Shown here: positions 1 to 12,629 of the stretch, piece by piece
Numbering within the stretch: the stretch's first letter is position 1
Layout of the letters: each line of letters begins with the position of its first letter
Assembly (NCBI RefSeq): GCF_030144855.1
Contig: NC_082710.1
Span: 149,172,001 to 149,236,000, forward strand
Source of the DNA: Hypanus sabinus
Lineage: Eukaryota
Reading direction: 5' to 3'
Length of the DNA: 64,000 nucleotides
Translations under genes and position numbers: made by a program
The notes under the pieces: model-generated
The model's database searches: none
Told to the model about the DNA's origin: nothing
What the model saw: the letters and a program-made list of their open reading frames with translations, nothing else

Positions 1-1129
1 AGTAAGTTTATGGGGTGGTGTGATGGGAAGCAGTGATAGGGTGGGGGGAGGTGACGGGGAGAGGAATGTGATGGATTTAAAGATGCCAAGCTTACTAGGC
101 CGATGCATCACCAAGCAGGAGGTCAATGAGGACAATAGTTCAAGGGGATCAGAGGTGATGAGGCCTGTCTCACAACATCAAGGGAACACAGGATATGGCT
201 CTCACAGGAGTGGTCTGCTGGACAAACGTTCCAGAGGGAACAAGAGCCCGATGGGAGGTTCATCTCTGAGGCAGCAATGGGAGGGGCAAAGCAGGTGCTC
301 CAGGATCTCACCATGTCCCGACATGCCCCTCCCACCCTGCACACCTGGGGGGGGGGGAGCACTAGACCTGCTGACATTGGCAGAGCAAAGTGGGGAGGTG
401 GGGCTGGTCAGAGGTCAGACGAGCAAGTAGCAAACAGCACTGGGAAGAAGATAACTCAAGAGAAATTTGTTTGGACAATTGTGGGAGGCCAGGGATTTGC
501 AGCCGACTCTTCAACCTGGTACTCTGGGGAGCCAACTGCTCCAATATTACAGATACCCATACTTCAAAACACAGAGGCTCCACTAACCAAGTCCCTGCAG
601 GACCCGAGCCTACACTCACTCCCTCTTCACCTTGGCAGCCTCCCCAGTGCCGACTCCTCCTATCCCTATCCCTGCCCTCCACTCATCCCCAAACCCCTCA
701 CGCCTGTATTAGGCTAAAAAAAATCTTTGTTCCCATGACTGGAAATGAATAAATAGAGGGCATAGATTTAAGGAGAGATTTAATAGGAACTAGAGGGGCA
801 AGTTTTTCTACACAAAGATTGCTGAATGAGCTTTCAGAGGAAGTAATTGAGACAGGTACAATAAGAGCTTGGACTGGTACACGGATAGGAAAGGTTTAGA
901 GGGACATGGGCCAAACTCAGGTAAGTGAGACCAGCATAGATAGGAATCTGGATCAGCCTGGTACAGATGGGCTGAAAGGCCTGTTTCCATGCTGTATGAC
1001 CCCATGACCTGCTGCTCTCACCCACTCCACAGCTTAACTCTGCTGTCATTATTTTGTCAGGAGTAGGCATGGCATTGTGCGTGGAAAGTTCTGTTTGACA
1101 GATCTTTCAAAGATCTTTGAAGGAATAAC

Positions 1130-1700
1130 GAAAGCTCAAAGTTCAAAGTAAATTTATTATCAAAATACATATATGTCACCATATACAACCCTGAGGCTCA
1201 TTTCCTTGTGGGCAAACTCAATAAACCCACAATAGAGTAATAACTATAAGTGAAAGACCACACCAACTGGGTGTTCAAACAGAGTGCAAAAGACAACAAA
1301 CTGTGCAAATACAAAGAGATAGAAATAATGAACAAGCAATAAATATCAAGAACATGAGATGAAGAGTCCTTGACAGTGAGTCCATAGGTTGTGGCAACAT
1401 TTCAATGATGGGGCAATTGAAGTTGAGTTATCTACTTTGGGTCAAAAGCCTGATGGTTGAAGAGTAATAACTGTTCCTAAATCTGGTGGTGTGAGTCCAG
1501 AGGCTCCTGTACCTTGTTCTTGATGACAGCTGTGAGAAGAGACCATGACCTGGGTGGTGGAGTATCTGATGATGGATGATGTTTTCCTGCGACAACACTC
1601 TGTGTAGATGTGCTCAGTGGTAGGGAGAGCTTTACCCGTGATGGACTGGGCTGCATCCACAACTTTTTGTAGGATTTTCCATTTTCCAATGGAGCCAAAA
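1130..1700 (-). mobile_element. Degenerate non-LTR retrotransposon 3' fragment (Rex1/Babar- or L2-like RT C-terminus)
   Basis: ORF 1442..1660 (DAAQSITGKALPTTEHIYTECCRRKTSSIIR) matches the same family at 12845..13270; related pieces occur near 5740-5990, 9420-9960 and 14330-14600. Confidence 0.6.
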
Positions 1701-1737
1701 GGGTAAATGAGGGTAGGGCTGTAAATGTTTCATAGAG

Positions 1738-2030
1738 CAGTGGTCCCCAACCTCCGGGCTGTAGACAGATACTGTGCCGCGAAGAACACAGCGGTAGCTG
1801 GAAGGCACCCAGCACATCTGTAAGAAAAAAGCCAAAATAAACAAGCTAGTTCAGCACGTAAAAGCCTCTGATCTGGGCTGATTTTTACGTGCCGGGTGGC
1901 ACCTAATTAATTAGCTTGTTTATTTCGGCTTTTTTCTTAAAGATGTGCTGGGTGCACTCTGGCTACTGCTGTACCCCTGAACGCTTCGCGGCCCAGTGTT
2001 GGTCTGCAGCCCGTTGGTTGGGGACCACTG
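1738..2030. mobile_element. hAT-type MITE
   Basis: Terminal inverted repeats CAGTGGTCCCCAAC...GTTGGGGACCACTG, a long internal palindrome, and an imperfect 8-bp TSD (TCATAGAG/GCATGGAG). Confidence 0.8.
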
Positions 2031-3493
2031 GCATGGAGGATTTGACAAGGTTGGTTGGTCTGCCAGGATAGGTCCCATTGAAGTCCTATTGGCTCTGAGT
2101 TAGGAAGCAGAGGGTGCTGGTTGGATTGTTTCTCAGAATGGGCGCTGGTCATTCGTGGTGTGCTGTAGGGTTCTATGTAGAATATCTATCTAAATATTCA
2201 TTATTTATATCAATGAATGATAAACATACTAGATGAATGAACTTGCAGATTACACAAAATTAAGTGGTGGTGTTGATAGTGAAAAAGTCATAGCTTATGG
2301 GCAATCCTGATCAGTTAGGGACATTGGCCCAGGAGTAGCAAATGGGTAGATGAGATTATCAAAGGCCTAAGGTTAACATGTCTGCTTCCAAATTTGAGTC
2401 CGAATCCAGAACTGCGGGATGCTGGAGGCTGAGGCTTAAGGACTGTCTTGGGGTTAGAGGACTGTGCATGTGGGTGGGTGAGAGGGAGGAACAGGGGCTT
2501 GTTTTGCTGTTGTTGTTTTGTTGTTTGTTGTGTTCCGTGTTACTCTACTGAGCATTGTGGGCCTGCTATGTCGGTGACAACACTTGCAGACTGCCCGAGC
2601 ACACCCTTGGGTGTGTTGGTGTCAATACAAATGTCAAATTTCACTACATGATTCGATGTACACATGATAAATAAAACTTGAATATTGATGTCAGTACAGG
2701 TAAGTGTGAGATTATGCATTTTGGAAAGTCAAATCAGCAAAGGATTTATATGATAAATAGTAGGGAACCAGGGAGAAAAAGGGACCGAGGAGCAAGAGGC
2801 ATAGCAGCTCCTTGAAAACGGTATCACAGCTAGCTGCAGATGTGAGGTCACATTTAGAGTGCTGTGTACGGTTTTAGTCACCTTTTAGTAGCAGGAAAAG
2901 CATGGTTAAACTGGACTGAATGCAGAAAAGCTTTACAAGGATGATGTCAGGACAAGACGACATGAGTTAAGGCAAGAGATTGAAGAGCGACCTTTTGGGA
3001 ATGTACAGGATTAAGGGAGACATGGATAATGTGGATGGTAACAGTTTTTTCCCAGGGCAGTGGAGTCCGAAACTATGGAACATAGGCAGGGTGAGGGGGG
3101 TAAATGTAGAAGGAACATGAGGGGCAACTTTTTCAAACAGTATTTTCAGACAGATTTTTTCAAACAGTATCATTCATTATTTTATATGAGCTGCCAGAGG
3201 AAGTGGTTGAAGCCGATGTAATGATATTACTTGGAAGCACTTGGGTAGGTACATGGAAGGGTGAGCCTTGGGAAATTGGGACTGGCTGGATGGGCACATT
3301 GTTGGCACCAATAGGTTAGACCAAGGGGTGTATATCAGTGCTGAATTACTATCTATTTAAACCCCTGGTCACCCCTCATTCCCATATAAATCCTACTGCA
3401 TATCTCTTCCCCTCCCAGTACAGAACCGTACCCCTACTCTACCCCTCACCTCTCACCCTGTCCCACTACTGCCTCCCCTTGGACACAACTTAC

Positions 3494-3980
3494 CAGCCGA
3501 TGACAGGACCAGGAAGACGGCCACGAGGAGGAAACGACTGGAGTCAGGCTTCAGACAGGATACCAGTCTGGTGAGGGAGGCTGTCTGGGAACCCCCGACC
3601 TCCGGCAGGAACCTCTGGTTGACGGTGAATCCCAGTCCTGTGAGTAGGTAAGAGAGGGCCAGCACACGGGTGGTACAGGAGCCGTGTAGGAGCTCGGGGC
3701 AGGGGCAGCCGACGGCCACCAACAGGCTGGTGTAGGTCGGCAACAGAAGGCAGCACGTGGCCAGCCCCAGGCGCAGGTCCCGGAGCTGGCCAGACGTCAG
3801 CCCCGGGAGCAGACAGCTCACCGGCTGCAGACAGGCAGACAGCAGACAGAGCCGCACCAACGAACTGGCCCAGAGCGCCAGGAGGGGCTCTGCCCCCCAC
3901 AGCTGCAGGGCTGGGCTCAGGACCCAGGTCACGGCCACATCCAGCACAGCGAGGCACAGCAGGGCCCTGGGTACAGCCAT
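3494..3980 (-). CDS. TAP1: Transporter associated with antigen processing 1, first coding exon (TMD0 and start of core TMD; 162 codons + 1 nt); the rest of the gene lies left of the window
   Basis: MAVPRALL...PLLALWASSLVRL...LLHGS...LSY...SLTRLVSCLKPDSSRFLLVAVFLVLSSAG resembles TAP1 motifs (PLLRVWAVGLSR, LLHWGS, RRLLGCL...LVVLSSLG). It ends at a phase-1 G|GTAAGT donor (3493-3492), the same position as in mammalian TAP1. Confidence 0.88.
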
Positions 3981-4074
3981 TGCTGGAGCCAATCCCGGGG
4001 ACCTGAAATACAGAGACACACAGGTTACAGAGACACACACATCACATTCGGAAATACAGTGAGACCCACGTTCC

Positions 4075-4490
4075 ATAGAGGAGGGGTAGGAGGGGAATGG
4101 AGAGGGGAGGAGCGTAGAGGTAGAGTGAGGAGCAGAGGGTGAGGGAGAGAGAGGGAAGAGGAGGGTGCAGAGCAGGAGGAGTGGTGTTGAGGGAGAGGTG
4201 GGGGAAGGGGATGGGGAGGGGAGAGTGTAGGAAAGTGAAGGGGAGGGGGATGAGGATCAGGGGAGTGGAGAGACGAACTAGGGGAGGGTAGGAGGGTGAG
4301 GAAGAGGGCTGCATGATGCAGAGATGGGAGAAGGGGTGGGGAGAGAGAAAGTGTAAGGGGTGAGGGGGTGGGGCAGGAGGGGTGGGTGGGGAGAGGGGAG
4401 AGTGGGATTGGGAAGGTGCAGCAGGGTGAGGAATAGTAAACGGTGAGGAGAGGCTGTAGGAGTGGAGGGTGGGTAGGGATTGTGAGGAGT
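4075..4490. repeat. Polypurine (G/A-rich on +) low-complexity tract in the TAP1 5' UTR intron
   Basis: About 420 bp composed mostly of G and A on the + strand. Confidence 0.8.
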
Positions 4491-4635
4491 GGAGAAGGCT
4501 GACCTTTCCTCCGTAGTTCAGGTACTGGGAGCAGCAGCTACACCCCCGCACGTCCAGCCTCTGTACGGACCTCTCCCCCCGCCAACCCCCTGCGCGCCCC
4601 GCCGGCCTCCCGTTCTCCGGTTCCCGGTCACTGAC

Positions 4636-4750
4636 CGCGGGAGTCTCCCCGGCGCAGACAGACGCTTCGCTTCGGGATTCAGTCCCGCTCCGCAGTGACC
4701 CAGCTCAGGGACTCTTTGCCGGGAACCCCCGAGCTCGGCTCGGAGTCTGG
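4636..4750 (-). other. TAP1: Probable non-coding first exon of TAP1 (5' end uncertain), spliced to an acceptor at 4003
   Basis: The minus-strand acceptor TCTCTGTATTTCAG|G lies 22 nt upstream of the ATG (exon starts at 4002). A minus-strand donor CCGCG|GTCAGT lies at 4635-4630 inside the CpG-rich promoter. Confidence 0.55.
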
Positions 4751-4771
4751 GAAATGGAAAGCGAAAGCGAA
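4639..4771. promoter_or_regulatory. TAP1 interferon/NF-kB-responsive promoter
   Basis: kB-consensus GGGAGTCTCC (4639-4648) and GGGAACCCCC (4721-4730); GAS-like TGCCGGGAA (4717-4725); tandem IRF-E/ISRE GAAATGGAAAGCGAAAGCGAA (4751-4771); CpG-rich context. Confidence 0.75.
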
Positions 4772-7700
4772 GCACAGTTTGACGGACAGACAGAGCGGGA
4801 GTGTCGACACCGCCCGACGAGCAGAGAGGGGCAAAGTAAACAGGTCGACACGAGGCAGGAGTGAGTCTGCCCAGCACAGGGCAACTGCTTCACTTCACAG
4901 GGAACTGGTACCCACATTAGAGTAAAGTCCGCGTGGCTTTGTGAAAAGGGGATCATGTTTCATTAAGTTTATTGCAGTTCTTTAAAAAATTAGCCCTTAT
5001 CTCCAACGCGCCCACAAAAAAATTCACCTTTCCCCACAACTGGTAAGTCTGAACGCCAAAAGCATTGGTTTAAGGTTAGATCAGGGGTTCCCATCCTGGG
5101 GTCCACGGACCCCTCAGTTAATGGTAGAAGTCCATTACATTAAAAAGATTCATAAAGACCACTAGAGTGCTACACAGGATCAAGCCTTTTGCTCCATGAA
5201 GACTGTGCCAATCATGATGCAGATCTAAACTGATGGCATCCTCCGGTTTATAGTCTGTGTCCCGCCACTCCCTGACCGGTCATGTTTCTGCCTAAATACC
5301 CGCTAAAAGTTCTTACCGTATCTGTTTTAACCATTATTCCTCAAAGCCATTCTCTATGTAAAGAAATACTCTTAGAACTGTCTTAGAAAGCTCCTGTAAA
5401 CTTTTCCCCACTCACCATAAACCCATTGACATTTCAATCTGATTATCTGTCCAATCTGTACTTTGCATAATTCTCTCAACCACTTTCACGTCTCCTCTAA
5501 GCCCCTGATCCTCCAAGGAAAAAATCTGAGGTTGCCCAACCTCTTAGAGCTGATTCCTTCTAATCCAGGCAACATCCTGGTAAAGCTCTTCTGTAGCCTC
5601 TCCCACGCTTCCACATCCTTCCTGTAATGGGGTGAGCAGAACGACACACAATACTTTTAATGTGATTTATCCGGAGTTTTCTACAACTGCAACATGATCT
5701 CCTGACTTTCATGTCAATGCCCCAACCGATGGAAGCATGTCATATCAATGTCAGTCAAAATTAAATTTATTATCAGAGTACGTACATGTCAGCACATACA
5801 ATCCGAGATTATTTTTAAACAGGATCAATGGAGAACAAACTCTGTACAACTTACGATGCATGTCATGTACAGTGGAGAGCTTTCTAACTGGTTGTATCGC
5901 TGTCTGGTATGGATTGCAAGTGCCGGGCTCACTGACAGCAGCGTCACAGGGCGGTGAAGAAGGTGTTTGGTCAGGGCATTGAGTGTGGGGTTTGGAAGTT
6001 ATGTTGCTGTGGTACAGACTTTGGAGAGGTTGTATTTGGGCAGCTTTGGCCATCCTGCTTTCAGAAAGATGTTACCAAACTGGAGTAAGTGCTGGGAAGA
6101 TTCACCAGGATGTTGCCTGGGTTTGGGGCCAGGGTTACAAGCAGAGGTTTTACTTTATTCCGTGGATTATAGGAGGTTGGGGTAGATAAGCCACAAGGGG
6201 TAGAGGCACTGTGAGAGCCCGTACTGTTTTCCCCAGCAAGCTGATGCTAAAACAATAATGTAGGTTTAAGATCGGAAGTCAGAGATCTTAGGATAAAAGG
6301 GTATCAGGGGAACTTCACACAGAGTAGCGTGTATTTGGCGTGAACTGCCAGAAACAGTTGGGGGGGGGGGGGGCACATTAGCAACATGTAAAAGCATCTA
6401 GGTAAGTATATGGATAGGAAAGGCTTAGAGGGCTGTGGGCCAAATGTGGATAAATGGAACTAATAAGCAGGGCAGCACAGTTGGCAGGGATGTGTTAGAC
6501 TAGAGGCCCTGTTTATGACATGGGGGGTGGGGCATATTCTCCTCAGAAGGTAGCTGGTATCTGGGTGAAGGCATTCAAATTCCCGAGCATTTTAATTACC
6601 AGGCAGCGAAGGTTACGGGTCAATGAGAGTTAGAATTGATGGGGATCTTAACTATCTGGAAGGCCGAAGGACCTGCTTCTATGCTAACTTTATGAATGCT
6701 TGATAAACAGTGGGTTCACATTTACTCCCCCAATCCACAGGAAGTTCCAAAGCCCACAGGACGGACGATAATCGGTGTCCATTTGATCTCATACCCTCTC
6801 TCCATCTATCATCTGCACCTCATCGCAATCATTCCCCTTTCCCAATTCCAATCTTAACCTCCCTCTCCCCTGTCCCTCCCGCTCCCCATTCCCCTTCATC
6901 CTCTCTCTCAACACTTTCACTCCATTCTGCTTTTCTCCATTTCACTCCATCTCCTCCTCTCCCTGCCTATTTCCCCTCTGTCACTCCTGCCCCTTCCCCC
7001 ACACACACACACACCGGGAATCTCGGGGACCCACCACACCAGCCTGGTCGTGAATTCGGGAATTGTTAGTTTGATTTACCGCCGCAACTCACCTTCAACC
7101 CCAAAGAAGCACAGGGCACAGCTGGAACCCCGAGTATGTCCAATGAGAGTAGAGCTCAGTGCTGAGTCATCAGTTGCTGGGCAGAGTGAGGCTGCCGAGG
7201 TTGGTTTCTCACTCTGACGCGCATCGGAGCCGCTGCTGCCCCCTAAAGGCCACAGTGACAACGTCCCGTGTCCCGTACCGGTGAGCGGAGGTCCGTAGGT
7301 AGCATCGTAAGGACGGAGGAGACGCCTTGTGCCAGTGAAAGAGCAGGGAGATTGTTCTGTAACAGTTAACAGAACAGAGCCATGTTCTGTGTCAGCGAAG
7401 GGACAGACTATGTTCAAAGTTCTAGGTCAAGTTTATTGTGACAGGAGTTTTGGGTTCCAAGTTGCAAGGATTGGTCAGCGAGGCTGTTGACTTGAGAGCT
7501 CATTTTGGGAGGCTTTGATGTTCACATTGGATGTGTTTCTAGATTGGGGTCACTCTATTTTTTGCTGATTTTGAGCGGTTTGGGGTGAACGGTGCCAACT
7601 GGGGTGTTTTGGTGAAGACTGGCTCTGCAGCCTGCAGTCAGTTATTGCACTGTACTAAACTAAGCTGAATTCTCCTGGTCTCTTGTTGATATTCTATGTG

Positions 7701-7892
7701 TCATTCACTCACTTTTTACCGTTTGCACAATTTGTTCTTTTTTTTTGCAGGTTGGGTGTTTGGTGTTTCCTTTGAACAGATTCCACGGTGTTTCTTGTTT
7801 TGTGGCTGTCTGCGGGAGGACGAATCTCTGAATTGTATTCTGTATACTTTAAAAAGAGAAAAAGGTATCAAAAAAGGTGTATTTAATTACAT

Positions 7893-9300
7893 AACCATAG
7901 AACATTACAGCACAGAAACAGGCCTTTTGGTCCTTCTTGGCTGTGCCGACCCATTTTTCTGCCTAGTTCCACTGACCTGCACCTGGACCATATCCCTGCA
8001 TACACCTCTCATCCATGTACCTGTCCAAGTCTTTCTTAAATGTTAAAAGTGAGCCCGCATTTACCACTTCATCTGGCAGCTCATTCCACACTCCACTACT
8101 CTCTGTGTGAAGAAGCCCCCCCATTGTTCCTTTAAACTTTTCCCCCTTCACCCTTAACCCATGACTTCTGCTTTTTTTCTCCCCTTGCCTCAGTGGGAAA
8201 AGCCTGCTTGCATTCACTCTATCTATACCCATCATAATTTCATCAAATCTCCCCTCAGTCTCCTAAACTCCAGGGAATAAAGTCCTAACCTATTCAACCT
8301 TTCTCCGTAACTCAGTTTCTCAAGTTAGGGCAACATCCTTGCAAACCTTCTCTGCACTCTTTCAACCTTATTAATATCCTTCCTGTAATTAGGTGACCAA
8401 AACTGCACACAATACTCCAAATTCAGTATCACCAATGCCTTATACAACCTCACCATTACATTCCAACTCTTACACTCAATGCTTTGATTTATAAAGGCCA
8501 ATGTACCAAAAGCTCTCTTTACGACCCTATCTACTTGTGACAACATTTTTAGGGAATTATGTATCTGTACTCCCAGATCACTCTGTTCTACTGCACTCTT
8601 CAGTGTCCTACCATTTCTCTTGTATGTTCTACCTTGGTTTGACCTTCCAAAGTGCAATACCTCACACTTGTTTGTATTAAACTCCATCTGCCATTTTTCT
8701 GCCCATTCCTCCAACTGGTCCAAATCCCTCTGCAAGCTTTGAAAACCTTCCTCACTGTCCACTACACCTCCAATCTTTGTATCATCAGCAAATTTGCTGA
8801 TCCAATTTGCCACATTATCATCCAGATCATTGATATAGATGACAAATAACAATGGACCCAGCACTGATCCCTGTGGCACACCACTAGTCACAGGCCTCCA
8901 CTCAGAGTAGCAATCCTCCACTACCACTCTCTGGCTTCTTCCATTGAGACAATGTTTAATCCAATTTACTACCTCTCCATGTATACCTAGCAACTGAATC
9001 TTCCTAATCTGCCAAGCGGGACCTTGTCAAAGGCCTTACTGAAGTCCATGTATGCAACATCCACTGCCTTCCCTTCATCCACTTTCCTGGTAACTTCCTC
9101 AAAAGACTCTAATAGATTGGTTAAACATTACCTACCATGCACAGAGCCATGCTGACTGTTTCTAATATGTCCCTGTCTATCCAAATACTTGTAGATCCTA
9201 TCTCTTAGTATTCCTTCCAATAATTTACCTACTACTGATGTCAAACTTACCAGCCTATAATTTCCCGGCTTACTTTTTGAGACTTTTTTAAACAATTGAA
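7893..9300 (-). mobile_element. CR1-like LINE, 5'-truncated (RT domain and 3' tail)
   Basis: ORF 8325..8993 contains SGVPQGSVLGPLLFVIYINDLD...KFADDTK, which are RT motifs typical of CR1. Confidence 0.92.
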
Positions 9301-10911
9301 CTATACTGTTCTCCTCTAAGCCAGTGGGGGTCAGGAAGGACCAAATTCACCAACACTGAGTCGCAAGCTTTATCCTTCCTCCCATCTCCTACCTCATCCT
9401 CTTCTTCTGCACTCCTCTATTAATTGGTAAATCTGTCTATTATTGTCACATTTAGCAAGGTACAGTGAAAATCCTGTCTTACATGCAGTTTATAAGTATT
9501 AATTTCTTACAACAGTGCACTGAGGTTGTACGAGGTAAACCAACAAGAGTGCAGAATAAAGTGTTACGATTACTGAGAAAGGGCAGTGAAGACAGACAAG
9601 AAGGTTCAGGGTCATAAGGAGGTAGATTGTGAGGTCAGGAGTCCACCTGTCGTACCAGGGGACGGTCAATTGTCTAAAACAGTGGCACAGTCGCTGTTGT
9701 TCTGCCTGCTGGAGGGGCAGCTTTTCTATCTCCTGCCCGATGGGAGGGGAGAAGAGAGAATGTCCTCGGTGGGTGAGGTCTTTGAAATGCTGACTGCTTT
9801 ACTGAGGCAGTAGGAAGTGTGGACTGAGTCTGTAGAGTGGAGAATAGTTTCCCTGATGAGCTGAGCTGTGTCCACAACTGTCAGTAGTTTCATGTGGTCA
9901 TGGGCTGAACAGTAGCCATACCAAGCAGTGATAAGATGGCGGGCGCTCGGACACTGCAACTTCTATGGGGCTAACATGCAACGGTGTTATTGTCTTTTTT
10001 CAACTTATTTTCTACAATCACAAGACCCTTCTGGATATTACAAACATAGAGTATTGCAGACCTGCCCCATCAGTGAGGTGCTTGTTTGTGGAGAAACTGA
10101 CGGAGTTGGATTTGGTGCAGACTGTGTTGCTGCCTGCGTCAGACAGACGTCAGAGTGGGTGCACGAAGGATGTGTACACTGTAACAGTGAGTGTTCATCT
10201 TATTAATTTGTCACTGCTTGAGATCACAAAACCCTGTCGGACATTGTTAATGTGGAAAGCTGTGAGTCCAATCCACTGGTCTATTGGCAAACAGCAGGGG
10301 CGGATGGCAGGAAAGCTGTGTGACCTCAGTTGTAGTGAGGACTGGGCCTCAACCCATGGTATCAGCTGCTTGCAGCCGCCCAGAGGGGAAGTGACAGAGT
10401 TGGTGCACTTCACCAGAGTGCTGGGGGGGGGGGGGGGGCGCGATGTGGCACAGTAAACATTCTGAAATCTGTGCTGTCTTCTAATGTTTGCTCAGCAGAA
10501 GACAAGATGTATGGAGTTCAAATGCAGATTGCTGCAACAGTCATGGACTCAGGGTCTGTGACTATATTTTACTGCTTTGGCATATATACGTACCCTGTGT
10601 GCCTTGTGTTGTGTATGACTGTGGGTACTGTTTTGCAGCTTGGCCCCAGAGTAACGCTGTTTCATTGGGCTGTATTCAGGGGTATTCATGTATGGTTGAA
10701 CAACAATTAAACTCAATCCTTTAGTGCCTCTGATGTATCGAGATAGACTCCTTCCCATGATGCATCACCAGAAGTTGGTGAGGGTCAAAGGGGACCTGCC
10801 AAACTTCCTTATCCTTTTGGGGAAGTAGAGGCATTGGTGAGTGAAGAGGCCACGACCATGAAAGACTGTTGGAGATGTTCAGTTCTCGGAACCTTGCACA
10901 TTTCAACCCTC

Positions 10912-11121
10912 CCAACCTCAGCACCATTGACACAGACAGGACTATATACACTGACCTGCTTTCTAAAATCCGTGACCAGCTCCAACCTCAGCACCATTGA
11001 CACAGTCGGGACTATATACACTGACTAGCTTTCTAAAATCCGTGACCAGCTCCAACCTCAGCACCATTGACACAGACGGGACTATATACACTGACCAGCT
11101 TTCTAAAATCCGTGACCAGCT
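10912..11121. repeat. Three tandem copies of a 70-bp unit at the truncated end of a LINE fragment
   Basis: CCAACCTCAGCACCATTGACACAG...GTGACCAGCT starts at 10912, 10982 and 11052. Confidence 0.9.
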
Positions 11122-11429
11122 CCTGCTTTACTGATGAAGCAGCCTGTTTGAAAACAGGGGGTGAGGAAGGAGAGGACATGATCTTGTATCTTGGGGCTGC
11201 AGCCTTGGATCAGGGAACAGTCAGAGTTCCTCCATTGTACGTGTGGGCTGGCAGGGTCAGGATCCAGTGGAGGACCATCTGATGAGTTTTGTCTGAACTG
11301 GGCCAGGGAGGGTTTAGAACAGGTGTGGTTGAACCTTTGAGGTGATGGGCCTAGTAGATGAGAAATATTCTTCGTGAGGGTTTCCAGTGGAGATAGACCA
11401 ACCTCCAAGATGATTGGTTGAGTAGGCAA

Positions 11430-12535
11430 TGAAGGAGATGAGGCTTTTCATTCTAGAATGAAGGAGATGTCCTCCTTTTTCAAAGAAAGAGGCATCCCTT
11501 CCTTCACCATCAATGTTGCCCTCAACTGCACTCTTCCATGTCACACACGTCTGCTCTTACAGCACCCTCCCAGGGATAGGGTTCCTCATCCTCACCTACC
11601 ACCCCACCAGCCTCGGAGTCTAGCACATAATTCTCTGAAACTTCTGCCACCTCCAACAGGATCCCACCACCAAGCACATCTTTCCCTCCCCCCAACTTTA
11701 TATTTTCCGCAGGGATCACTCCTTACGTGACTCCCTTATCCATTCATCCCTCCCCAGTGATCTCCTTCCTGGCACTTAACCTTGTAAGTGGAACAAGTGC
11801 TTCACCTGCCCCTACGCCTCCTCCCTCACTTCCATTCAGGGCCCCAAACAGTCCTTCCAGGTGAGGCAACACCTCTCCTGTGAGCCTGTTGGGGGGTCAT
11901 ATACTGTATCTGGTGCTCCCAGTGTGGCCTCTTGTATATCTGTGAGACGTGACGTAGATTTGGAGACCGCTCCATTGAGCATCTACGCTCGGTCCGCCAG
12001 AACAAGTAGAATCTCCTAGTGACCACCCATTTTAATTCCAGGTCCCATTCCCATTCCAACATGTCCATCCATGGCCTCCTCCACTACTGGGTTCCGTTTG
12101 GGTAGTCTCCAACCCGATGGCATGAACATCAATTTCTCGAACTTCTAGTAATGATCCCCCCCCTCCCTTTCACCATTTCCCATCCCCTTATCCCTCTCTC
12201 AAGTTATCTCCTATAGGCGGCATCACTTCCCTCAGGTGCTCCTCCCCAACCCCCATTTTCTTTCTTCCATGGCCTTCTGTCTCTTTCACCAATCAATTTC
12301 CCAGCTCTTTACTTCATTCCTCCCCCTCCTAGTTTCACCTATCACCTGCTACTTTCTGTCTTCCCCCCACTTTTCAAATCTACTCCTCAGCTTTTTTTCT
12401 CCAGTCCTGCTGAAAGGTTTCAGTCCGAAACATCGACTGTACTTTTTACCATTGATGCTGCCTGGCCTGCTGAGTACCTTCAGCATTATGTGTGTGTTGC
12501 TTGGATTTCCGGCATCTGCAGATTTTCTCTTGGTT
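11430..12535 (+). mobile_element. Penelope-like retroelement 3' fragment (RT C-terminus, GIY-YIG endonuclease, terminal region)
   Basis: Reading across frameshifts gives KEMSSFFKERG...QGPKQSFQVRQH..C....IYCIWCSQCGLLYICET..RFGDR..EHLRSV, a GIY-YIG-type endonuclease. Confidence 0.8.
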
Positions 12536-12629
12536 TTGAGGAACTTCCTGATTGGCAGGGCGTGGTGAGTTCCAGCTCTCCCGTTCACTAGGGCATCTCC
12601 TTGCCACTCCTGGTGTCCAAAGTTCCAAG

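Noticed and set aside
20-752. Overlapping ORFs at the window start as further TAP1 exons
   Set aside because: No EMAIP-type or other ABC-transporter sequence seen; the next TAP1 exon is probably left of the window.
3494-3980. Assignment as TAP2 or ABCB9
   Set aside because: The upstream non-coding exon is TAP2-like, but the PLLALWA, LLHGS...SY and CL...VLSSxG motifs fit TAP1 better. A phylogeny with downstream exons would settle it.
4042-4551. Pro/Ser/His-rich 169-aa ORF
   Set aside because: Low-complexity purine tract in the TAP1 5' UTR intron.
4695-4925. ORF as PSMB9 exon 1
   Set aside because: No propeptide ending in EVxTG at a phase-0 donor; a stop codon lies in the required frame.
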